From positions 1,240,001 to 1,304,000 of the forward strand of contig JBLDXI010000002.1 of the NCBI GenBank assembly GCA_047495785.1: 64,000 bases of DNA, in the 5' to 3' direction. Made by a program: the position numbers and the translations under genes. The notes under the pieces are model-generated. The model ran no database searches, was not told the origin of the DNA, and saw nothing but the letters and a program-made list of their open reading frames with translations. Of this stretch, positions 14,518 through 25,206 are shown piece after piece; the stretch's first letter is position 1, and every line of letters begins with the position of its first letter. The DNA is from Lepidodermella squamata. Lineage: Eukaryota; Animalia; Gastrotricha.

Positions 14518-14687
14518 TCAGCAGTTCATCAAATTTTAATTTGATTTTTTTTATTTGTTCATTGACTTTTTAGCAGTGACATTTCGTCAGAAGGATAATC
14601 AGCAGTGACTATATTCAGCAAATGATAATTTGATCCCGTTAAGTGCTGGTTACGCAATTTCACCTATTTGCCGAAAATTCCTGCTCA

Positions 14688-14952
14688 TCGGCGCTCATCT
14701 AATCCGAATTTCCGGCCAACTTTGCGTCATTTTTCTAGAATTTTTCAAATGATCTAAAAAGCGATGAATTTAATGGCGCGGGCCTGATTGCTGTTTTTGG
14801 TAATATGAATCATAATTTTTGATGATTCATTTTACTATTTGTTGAAGATTTTTCTCGAATGCAAGGATAACCACTGTGCGCAAACGTGTCTCTTTTTTAT
14901 TTTTCTTCATTTTATTTTCACCGGCCGGAAATTTAGATGAGATGAGCGCCGA
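14688..14952. mobile_element. Putative MITE with ~30-bp imperfect inverted repeats
   Basis: tcggcgctcatct...aatttccggcc (14688-14717) pairs with ggccggaaatt...agatgagcgccga (14923-14952). No clear TSD. Confidence 0.45.
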
Positions 14953-15059
14953 GCTGGAGGTTGGACCTCTAAACCCTATTGTTCCCGTCAAAATCGAAGG
15001 ACATGTCATTTGAGATAAATTTATTATATTTACATTTCTCACTTCTAGAAACTTTTTCT

Positions 15060-15428
15060 ATGGCTTTTAAAAGAATGATATTACTGTCGATTCTAATGAG
15101 TTTGGCTGTCATCACAGGTGTACAAGCTGCTGCTGCTGGGGGTGCTGGTGCTGTAGGTGCATCAGTAGGAACAGGAGGCGTGGCTGTTGCTGTCGCCGTG
15201 ACGCCACTGGGTCTTGGAATCATAGTAACAGGGATTGTCGCCATTGGTGCCTTTGCCTTGTTGGGACCAGCTGCACCGTTGGTGACTGCTGGAGTAGTAT
15301 CAGCAGCGCCAGCTGCCTCAGCTTCCGTGGCAGGAGGAACCGCAGTCGCATCAGCATGTTGTATCCTTTCACCAACATCTTGTTTGCTTGTCAGCTGTAT
15401 TTTGCTGGCAAGATTAGCAATTCAGTAG
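15060..15428 (+). CDS. Small secreted or membrane Gly/Ala/Val-rich hydrophobic protein (122 aa) of unknown function
   Basis: Signal-peptide-like MAFKRMILLSILMSLAVITGVQA, then ~110 residues with no charge and a C-terminal CC..C..C cluster. An acceptor-like cttctag lies 11 nt before the ATG. Confidence 0.55.
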   Translation: MAFKRMILLSILMSLAVITGVQAAAAGGAGAVGASVGTGGVAVAVAVTPLGLGIIVTGIVAIGAFALLGPAAPLVTAGVVSAAPAASASVAGGTAVASACCILSPTSCLLVSCILLARLAIQ

Positions 15429-16465
15429 AACTATTTATGATCTGCTTGTGGCGGCGTTACATCGGAATGAAATTTTGTTGCATCGCCAATTCTGTCGAGC
15501 TTTGACGACTGAATGGAATAACTACTTTTGGCTGGTTGCGATTATAATTTTGTGAAGTATAACAAAGCATGTGATGTAAATATTGTAAGTAACGACAAAA
15601 CAAATAGTCAGTGATTGATTTCAAGATGAGGTGCTACCTGAACTACCCCCACCGTCAAATCCAATAAATAGCGAATACATTACTGGTGATTCTTTTAATA
15701 ATACCAACGAATTCAGCTACATGGGACAGAATTGAAGAAAGAATAAAAGAAGGATACCGTTAAACGAGGCGACTTGACCATGTCACGGAAAAATGGGGCG
15801 ACTTTCGCACAGCCATTATCTCAGAGGTATCGAGATAAAGACCCCTTGAGTGGGATACCGTTGTAAAGCCCTAGAAAAGAATGCCTTGAACATACTTCAG
15901 CCCTTCACAATACTTGGTGATTAAACACAGGTAAAGTTGAGCGAAAAAAATCGAGTTATCGGTAGAATTTAGATGACTCCAAAGTAGACCAGGCGTGATC
16001 AAAATGAAAAACCTTGCCATTTTCGAGCAACCCCAACACAAGCTGTCCAGCGGTACGCCACTTGAGAGGTCTCCGCCTTTGAACCTAAGGGTTGGGTTAG
16101 GGCAAAGTTACTCCATTAGCATCCTAACCGTACACAGGATCACTTTGCCACCCTTCCACGTCAGTTAAACTCGGCTCAAACAGTTCGACAGCATATATAT
16201 TTAAATTCTTCAAAATCAGGGCTTTCCATTGACATCCTCTACTTGGCATGTATCATGCCTGAGAAAATGACATTTATAATGGTGGGTTGTGGAAGCATTT
16301 GGACCCTATAAGAAATGTTTGTAGATTTTTTCCAAAAAGGTAAGAGACATTTACTTCCTTCTCCTCCTTTATTAATGAATCGATTTTTGTAAACTAGCTA
16401 ATGAAAATTAGCGCATGAAAGCTAGAATGAGGTATACATAGGATGAGAGACACAACTACTTCTCT

Positions 16466-17140
16466 TCAAAACGGAGAAACTGACAATCGGTTGTCATCGC
16501 GAAGACCAGGGAAGTATCTGCCGCGCAAGAAAGCGACCAATCTTTCAGCGGAGACAATTTTCACCAAGTCGATCCTCTGCCTTTCAGAGCCAGCTACCAC
16601 ACCGACGAGTTCAAAGCGTGCATTAACCACCGGAGCACCCGAAAAACCATGGTCACTAGGCGCGGTCACCTTTATTTCTATGTGACTGAACGCGCGGCCA
16701 GTTACTATGCCTTCGCTAAAAGTGAAAGAAAAGTCGTCAGCCAATGCCTTGCACGCCAAAACGAAGACCTCCTCGCCGAAAAATGAAATAACACCACCGG
16801 CAAGATCAAAGGGAGTACTCGGAAGCACCGTAGAGCCAGGTACCATCAGCACTGCTAGATCTGGATTCTGAGAAGCTTCCTTAACAACCACTGCTATCTT
16901 ATTGCCATCTTCGTATTCGATTTCCACAGATACTGGGGACTTGTTCGTAACACGACCAGACGTCACAAAGTGATTAGACGAGGTGGTTGTCCTAAATGCA
17001 GTCAAACGATCGACAATTTTTCCTGTGGCATCCTTGCAGAGAACTCGAACTACAAAATGCTTCAGATTGGAGAAAATCTTCTCCTTGCGGGATATCAAGG
17101 CTTCAGCTTGAATTTCAAGTGAAGCATGTACAGATGCCAT
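16466..17140 (-). CDS. Intronless trypsin-like (Trypsin_2/HtrA-type) serine protease domain protein, 224 aa; catalytic His appears to be Arg
   Basis: Motifs FVTSGRV (cf. ILTNAHV), PDLAVL, GEEVFVL, SEGIV and SDHGFSGAPVVNARFELVGV (cf. GNSGGPLVN..GEVVG). ATG at 17140 follows a ttgttag acceptor. Confidence 0.75.
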   Translation of the reverse strand: MASVHASLEIQAEALISRKEKIFSNLKHFVVRVLCKDATGKIVDRLTAFRTTTSSNHFVTSGRVTNKSPVSVEIEYEDGNKIAVVVKEASQNPDLAVLMVPGSTVLPSTPFDLAGGVISFFGEEVFVLACKALADDFSFTFSEGIVTGRAFSHIEIKVTAPSDHGFSGAPVVNARFELVGVVAGSERQRIDLVKIVSAERLVAFLRGRYFPGLRDDNRLSVSPF

Positions 17141-17168
17141 CGCAGCACACAAAATAACAGTTCCTCTA

Positions 17169-17299
17169 ACAATAACAATTTTCAACAACGACAAATTATT
17201 TGGAAAATTCTCAATTTTATTTCAAATGTCAAAAAAATTGATTGATAAAATGTCACAATAAATCACGATAAATTAGTTGAATAATCATATTTTCAAGAC
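17169..17299. repeat. Direct-repeat copy 2 (actual AGA 3' end and spacer)
   Basis: Matches 14381-14517. Contains the AGA stop, AATAAA and TTGTCGTTGTT on the minus strand. Confidence 0.85.
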
Positions 17300-20200
17300 G
17301 GCGGGCAGTTGACCGCAGCTGTTTTGACAGTTTTACCCTGACTGTCCCAGTACGAAATTGTAAAAGTTGAAAAGCCAACGCAAGCCGCGCCAACTTGGCC
17401 CTTGGTATTCGCAACAACCAACGCCGCAGAATACGGCACCCCGTACGACGACATTCGAGATAGCGATGAAAGCGCCGCTTGGTCAGGCCTCATCTGGCTC
17501 GTCGCCATGCGATCGACGGCAATTGCCGATGGCGCGTAGGCGACAATGACGTCACCATCTCCAGTCGCAACGGCGCCTCCTACTCCCTTTTCCGCGTAAC
17601 CTCCGCTACCGGGTACAGCTGAGTCGGCAACCCGGCCCGGGATTTTGTAGGTCATGCCATTTGTCGACGTTCCAACAGCGATTTTCCCGGTCGAATCAAC
17701 GGCGATCATACCGATTGTGTCGTGTCCTTCGCGCTTCTTCGGCGGTTCTAGCTGGTGTAATTTTCGGGGCTTGTAAGGTCCGCAGCTTTTTGACGCGTCT
17801 GGCGTCACGTTTTGACGGTAGTTTGGCTGGCAGTTGTTTTCGAGCCAAGTTTTCCATTTTGCATCGCTTTGCTGAGTTCTTAGCTTGTTCGGGTCAATTT
17901 CGAATTGCATATCGGCCGCGAATTTTCCAGCTAAAAGTTTATAAAAGATTAATTCAAATAAACAAGTTTGAAGAGCAGGGCAAATGATTTGAACCATTAT
18001 TATTTTTTATCACATTTCCCATTTTATCGTGAAGTTAGGAAATCAGCATTAAATCCAGAAATTATTTCCCCTATTTTTCCCACTTTGATAGACCGATCCA
18101 GCGCTTCCCAAAAAACTGTTTTTGGGGGTCGCGTGGGTCGTGGAGTCATTTCCATTCAATTAATAAGCCTTAGGCCGAAATTTGACTATCTTTGCCGTAA
18201 AAAAACCAAGCTGGATAATGATCCATGATGCATTCAACTGTAAGTGATAAATTGAGTGATAACTTGGATGATTTGAAACGTGGCTTAAAGCCGTTGAGTA
18301 TTAAGCTTGAGTAGCCCTGGATTAAGAATCTGCTTTTTTTGCAACCATGCTGGATATCATATTCGATTTCATTCAGAAAAACACGCTCTTCAACAGTCCT
18401 TTCGTTGCTGCACATCGGTTGTTTTTTCCATTTTTGTCAAGCAATTTATCGCAATATTCCGAATGTCGCTCGACATCGTAATGAACCGAAGATCCGACTC
18501 TACTACCGAATGATCATGGCGCTTGGCTTTGATCCCGTCAGCCTAAAGCGTGAATTCTACAATGTCTTGCGCGCCTTCTTCGCTCAACAGCAGGAACACG
18601 AATAAGAAAACCGTTATGAAAAATTCTTGGTATCAAATGTCGAAAAATTGAGTTATACGAGCGAGAAGATTTTTGGTTGCGCTCCCACGAGGCTTAACCT
18701 GGAGGCTTAGACTGCATAGCTCTCCTGCTGGTCCCGCTGTGCGATGAACCGATTCTTCCTGTCTTCAACTGTTACGTCAATAGCACTGACCACACTCTAC
18801 AACCATCAGTGAATCGAATGACCAAATTCGGATCCGATTTGGCGATTGCTTAGGTCGCAATCCTACCACGCTTGCCAGCTTGGAAGCAAACTTGGAATGC
18901 CTTAGAGAAAAGCTCTAAAATGCTTGAATTTTTCGTTTGCCGTAAGAAAACATGGAACGCAGAGGACGACAAGTACGATTTCGTGCCTGAAAATGCTATG
19001 GAGAGCCAATCTGGCGAAAGTTTTCGCGCCTACATCATCGTGCTGAAGGCGTTTGCGGCTATATAAACGACTTTTGCGGATTTCGTTACACACGATCGGT
19101 TCTCTATGGGTTGTAGTTTTGATTATTATAATCAATTGTTATTTTTTGTTATCATATTTCATGAATCTATTATTTTTGATAAGTTTTCGAATTACACACC
19201 GGTTAGTAAACAGTCGCCAAGTTTTAACCGAAATTCGGCCTCTAAAAATCGCTGCTACACTTGGAAACTTAATGTTACTTTCGCTCCTATTTTTTCAACA
19301 TAATTCTTGATTTACGACTCTTCCAATTTTAGGGTTGGTGCACGAATCATATCTGGAAGTCCCGGAAAAGCAGCTTCTGACTTCTGTTACAAACATCCTG
19401 CGGGATGAGAGCTTGAAATTTCAAGATCGTTTCTCAAATGACCTCGAAGAACTGCGTCGCAGATCAGAGGCTTGCCACTGCCGAAGAATAAGATGAACTT
19501 CAAGCTCCAACGTTGCCAGCTCAAGGGCCACCGTTGCCATGGCCGACCTACAGTGCCGGGTTTTTTGTTTGCAAGGCATGTTTTCTACACGTCCGATTCA
19601 AACTAGGTCGTAAAGTTAACATCAGCGCAAAGGATTGCATCTCAAAACAACACACTGAAATTGTAACAGAATTCACGTTCACTTTTGATGGATAAGTTTC
19701 GACCTAAAAATAGCATCCCATGCTAGGTTGGATCGTGATTTGATGACGACGCTTTCGCTCTTATAGTTTCTCGCAACGACATCACTTCCAATGTGTTACA
19801 TTTCAAGCAAGACTTTCGCCTTGGCGGCATAGCATGTCTGGCGAATCTCAAGTATCTGGGCCCGTGGGAAGGAAAGAATGTTTTCACGGTTGAGATGATC
19901 CTTCCTGCAGCAGCCAGTCCGCTCAGGTATAATCTTCTACCGAGAAACGGTTCCCTCAGCCTCGAAAGTTGGCAAGGCTTTTGGTTGGAAGTGAAGAGCC
20001 GCACAGTCGTGCAAGTGCTGTTCCACCCTGAGGCTTGCTCGTTGCCAGCTTACGACAGTCGTTACGGCTTCAACTGCTTCTGTGTTGCTCAGCCGCTGCT
20101 TGAATTGTTTGCAATGATGCTGAAGGCGATAGAAATCGGCTCTGTGGCGGCCGAACCATGTTCGTCCCACAAATTGGCCCTTCAGTTGCTGTCGGAACCA

Positions 20201-21791
20201 CTGGTCAAAGGCAAGCTCCTCGCGATTTGGAGAAGATTGAGCAACATGTGCAGAACGCTATCGGAAACCGTGTTGGCGGCTTCGCTGTCACTCTCTGGTC
20301 AAAGCCTATTCACTACGGTGACGGCCATGGTGCTCAATACACCTGTCTTCACCCCGTTGACCTCCAAGTTCGTGGGGAACTGCCGATGATTGAATCGTAG
20401 TGTTATTTCGCTGATCTTTATTAGTATCATTATTGTAATTATTCTTGTCACTGTTTTCGTGTCAGCGTCATTTTTTGAATATGTCAGAGCTGGAAAACGT
20501 GCAAAATTTCCTGCGAGCCAATTTTAAAATTCAAATTTCCGAGTCCCGATTGCAACTGCTGCTTCCAAAAAACGCCAACGTCTAGAAGCGGGTGGCGAAG
20601 TGGCGATTGAGCCTATCACTGGCAGTGGCATAGGAACTCCAATTAGAACAGACGTAACTTCGAATTCACCCTCGATACTCTCGCTGCCAAGTCATAATTG
20701 TTTCGATGTTCTCAGTGGAAAACTGGATGATGTTAGGAGCGATATTCAATCTGCGCTCAAAAAAAGACGCACCCGGTATCAATTTGCAAGTCGATGAGAA
20801 ATTGACTGCCGAGAAACGTCGCGCCTTATATTCTGCATGGATTCTCGATTCGGAAAGTATTGAAGCCGTTTTAGAGCTTTGCAAATTTTTGAAAACTGAG
20901 GGGGGTTTTTTGAGTTGTATTGTATGTGAAGCCAAGTTCAACCGCTTCCAAAATTTCAAATCATTGAAGAGCCGAGAGTTGGATGAATTTCAGCCCGAAA
21001 TTTCAGAAAATTCATGAAAACTTTTTTCGCTCCGCAATTTTCGCATGTGCGCACAGCGACGGTTGTAATTTCAAATTTCTCAGTGAGAATCATTAAAATA
21101 TCTACCCGGTTAAGCGAATGGCCAAAAAACATGGACGGAGATCGTAAACATTTAGAAAAACTCTAGTTTCGACTCAGATTGAACTTGCATTACCTGATTC
21201 TCCGCATAAAATTGAGTGGGTGGTTCGATCAGCTACCGCTCGAGCGACTGAAATAGCTTTCTTGACATTGGGCAGATTCAAGACTGATCCAACGCGATGA
21301 GTTTCCCTGATAAATAAAAAAAAATCAATAAAATATATAATGTAATCCAAATATTTACCCATCGATAATCATGGCATCAAGAAAAACTGAACCATCTTCG
21401 GCCGGCGAGCCGCCAAACCCGACTGTACCATCACATTGGGCAAGTTCACACCAATTTACGCCCTGCTCAACAGCGTCAAGAGCCTTGCCGTTAGCGGCTA
21501 GCACAGTAGAAGCTGGAAAATTTCAATTTTGAAGATTGAAGTTACTCATGAAATCTTCGAACCTGCCCCAGCAGCTCCGGTGAATGGCCAGGTATTAACA
21601 ACGAAAGGCGGCGTTAATTGGACGAAAATTGTCCCTGTTTGATTGTTGATAATAACAGAATTTTCCGCAGGTTGGTCGAATTCCTTCGCGATTTTCTTTA
21701 ACGCGGCAAATGATGAATCTTGGAATGAATACGAGGCAGCCGCCGCGGCTGCTAGTCCAAAAGGTACTAGAAACTTCGCGAAAAACACCAT
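17293..21791 (-). CDS. AGA: N(4)-(beta-N-acetylglucosaminyl)-L-asparaginase (aspartylglucosaminidase); exons 21791-21563, 21512-21359, 21306-21194, 17930-17293
   Basis: [43 protein letters not shown], autoproteolysis site GHDTIGM, GTSTNG..KIPGRV.DS..PGSG.YA, ATGDGD. Splice phases are compatible. Confidence 0.95.
18340..18605 (+). mobile_element. Degenerate Mutator-like (MULE) transposase fragment within AGA intron 3
   Basis: [12 protein letters not shown]...R..MAL.F.P matches the MULE CxxH signature. An upstream frameshifted IIFDF resembles the I..DFE motif. Confidence 0.7.
19793..20389 (+). other. 198-codon ORF of unknown nature nested antisense in AGA intron 3 (possible captured or degenerate gene)
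   Basis: GC-rich, coding-like ORF inside an otherwise AT-rich intron. No recognisable motif, and the start is non-ATG. Confidence 0.3.
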
Positions 21792-22002
21792 TTTTTCAAG
21801 TGAAAATACCCTAGAAACATTGAATAGGCCAACGTTTTATCGCAATTTTTAATGGAGATAATTTTATCATCATAATTTACAACTTGAGATAACAACGAAG
21901 AAATTCTCCAATTTTATTTTAAATTGCTCACAACAATTTCCATAGATATCACGGCTCAAATTCACCAATTTTTTTTGTATTGCAGCAGTTGAGTGTAATA
22001 TT

Positions 22003-24545
22003 TCAGAATTTTTCAGCCATCATCAGAACGAAAAGTGAGGTCCAGCCTGTGAACGGATGGCTGCCCATGCCCTTGCCGCTTTGGTCATCGTACTGCTCCC
22101 AGAAATAGCCGGTCTTCGCATACTGATTCAACACGTTATTCACAACATTTTGCCGCAATTTATCGTAAAGCTCAGAGGCAAGTTGCGCATGCTTGCACTT
22201 ATCCCCCAGCGAGGCGTAGTGCTTCAGAGATGAAAGAACGAGGTAGTTGATATTGATCCAAATCTGCCCGCGCCAATAAGGTGGATCATGCTCAGTGTTA
22301 CGCTTACGATAGTAAGGACTCGAGGCCGATAGTGACCGCAAACCGAAAGAAGTCCACATTTTTGTCGTATCATTGAGATTCTTCAAAACAACACCCAACT
22401 GATCGGAATCAGGCTCTAGTAGCCGTGTTAACAGCGGGAAAAGGGAAACATAGCCCTCAGCGTCATGAACTGGGCCAAAAACCGGCTTGGCATTCACAAC
22501 TCGACGAACTTCTTGGACAATTTGAACCCGGCCATCTTGCAGTTTCCTCTCAACATTTTGCCGTTGAAGTTTGACGGACGAGCTGTGAAGGCCAACGTCA
22601 GCATACCGGCCTAGATCCGCAAACCAGTGGTCGTTATTCAGCAATTTATTATCAGATAGCACTTGAGATAACGATTCGTATTTATTCGCAGATTGACCGG
22701 CTAATTTTCCGATTTCAACCATACTTTTCGCGACAAATGCAATCCAGCACCGTAGATCGACGTGAATTTCAGCATCTGTAGGGTGACTAGCTCTCGGGTA
22801 GTCGTCCAGGCCTGATGTCAGAGTTTTCGAATTGAGCTGATAAACCTGGTCGGCATCTCTACCCCGCCAGCGGTAGGTGAAAGCCTTCGCGCCGGGTTGG
22901 GTGGTTAAATACCAATCGACCCACAATTTCAACCTAGGATAGGCCTGCTCGAAAAAGGCAATAATTTTCTGGCCCTGTTTCGTGTTTTTATCAGCCAGCG
23001 AGGCCAATCTACGCAATGTTAAGAACATAGCCGGTGGATTGGCGTTGTTACTTTTTTGGACAATAAACTCTTCCGGGACTCGTTTTCTCGCCTCTGTGTC
23101 GAGGATCTGCTCGCGAGGTATCCAACCGTCTCGATTCAATAGATCGAGCCAATGAGAAATAATTTGAATAACGATATCAACATCCCAATAACTGATCGCC
23201 AACGTGTGAAAACCTTCGTCCCACAAAAATCCGCGGGGGAAAAATGATCGAGACGGGACAGCGGTGTAAAGCCCTGATGGTCCGTATAAAACCGGCTCAG
23301 ATTTCGCGTCTGGGTGGTTAACGATCGAAAAACCGTAGAAATAACCGACGCCTCCGATTAAATTACTAAACGCAGCCATAGCGCTCTGCTTTTGAGTATC
23401 GGAAAATTTGTGTTTTGGCGTAGCAAAATCGAACTTCTCATCAAATTGCCGGCGAAATTCAACGCTGCGTTTTTCGATCACGTTGGTAAGCTCGTTACCA
23501 GTATTATCACTGACATCGTGATCTGAAGCAGTTCGATTGTGAAAAGCGACGTCCAACATTACAGGGCCGTCGAAGGTCAACTGGTACATGACCAAATTAG
23601 GCCTAGCCCCATCCCTAGGCGGTACAGTTTCGACAGCGAAATGGCGCTGATGTTGGCCTTTCAGGGGTTTAGGATTTAAGGTGGACATGATGTAGTCTGA
23701 AATCAATTCAAAGCTATTAACGCCGCCGATTGAGTACGCTTTCGCGACAACTTTCGTCGACTGAAAGCTGAGTTTGAAACTGCCAACACCAGCAGCGTTT
23801 TCGACGAGTAGCCCTGTCAGTTCATTACTGTCCGCGCCCTCGCTCAACGGCGTAAATTGAACGCCGTAATTTCCAGGTTCGAAAGCTGCATAGAAAATAA
23901 GCGAGTGGAGTGGAAGTGAATGAGACGGGGTATTAGTCGGGTTCGCCGTAATCCGAGCCGACCACTCGCAAGATCCTTTATTGCAGAATTTTACAAAACT
24001 CGTGTTAAGAGCGACGTCATGGTCGATGATTTCCTGAAATGCGAAATCTCGGCCGTCATGCATTGTCCAGCCATAACGGCGCAGTTTATCGTCCTGGCTA
24101 CACCAGTGCCGAAGTGGCAGAGGGAATGATGTCGAGTATTGATTGAACCAGGCGAGGCCGAAAATTGGCGACCCTGGTACTCGCGCTTTAATGCCGAAAT
24201 AAACGTGAGGCCGATAAGTGCCCCACAGCATTTCAGGATCGCCCATCATTTCCGGGGTCACGAGCTAAAAAAAATTCAAATTTAGTCTTCTAAAAATCAA
24301 ATCAAATTAAATGAACCCCAAACCGATTAATTTACCTTAGGCAAAGAGCTGGGCCAATTGACGAGCCAATACGGGGCGGTTCTTACAGCTTGAAGAATTA
24401 GGATGCCGGCAAAGCACAATCCCAGAAGGACGAAATACACCTTGTGGGCAGGTTTCAATTTCACTTTAGATTTATCTTCATCTTCTTCATTTGTGAGCTT
24501 CTGATCTCCGTTAGTGGCGGGTTTCCGGTGTCTTGGCTGTACCAT
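22003..24545 (-). CDS. MOGS: Mannosyl-oligosaccharide glucosidase (ER glucosidase I, GH63); exons 24545-24336 and 24264-22003
   Basis: Type II N-terminal TM, then WGTYRPHVYFG, LYTAVPSRSFFPRGFLWDEGFH, GWIPREQIL, TLTSGLDDYPRASHP, YWRGQIWININYL, HPFTGWTSL. Confidence 0.97.
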
Positions 24546-25206
24546 CTCTCTCAATAAATTATCTACGATAACAACGACAAATTTATTCGGCTTACACGTT
24601 AATTTATTTTTCTCAATAAAGATCGGTAAATAACGGCGTGTTCACATTTTTTATCAATCGTCGTAGAATATTTTATATTAATAATTTTATTATTTAGTTA
24701 TCAAGGGGCCGTATCGTAAATATATTCGTGTTCGGGAAAGTAAAAATGATTATTTTTCATGTAGAACTCGCAATTTTCCGTTTAAAGCAAGCGCTCAAGG
24801 TTATACCAATTTTTCAATACGTACGTCCATGTCCGTGTTATTTACAAAATATGCGGAAGTAGGTAAAGTTTAGTAAGAATAGCAGAAAATTTTCGGTTCT
24901 TTTTCACCTCAATTATCAGAGGTGTGAATTTCAACACTGGGTAAATTCAATGTTCCAAATAATTCGCACGGCACTAATAACAAACGAATGGAGATAACGT
25001 ACGACAATTTTAGTAGAAACGACTTTTTTAGGTAGCCCTACAATGAGAACGATGAGCACAATAAAGAAAATGTAAACGACAAGTAGCGCGTCATGACAAC
25101 ACAAAACAGAACGTGTAGTATGTAGATGTTTACTTTTTGATATTTTAATAAAAAAAATACGGCATCGATCGAACACCACAACCACAAAAAATAAGCGATG
25201 CAGACT

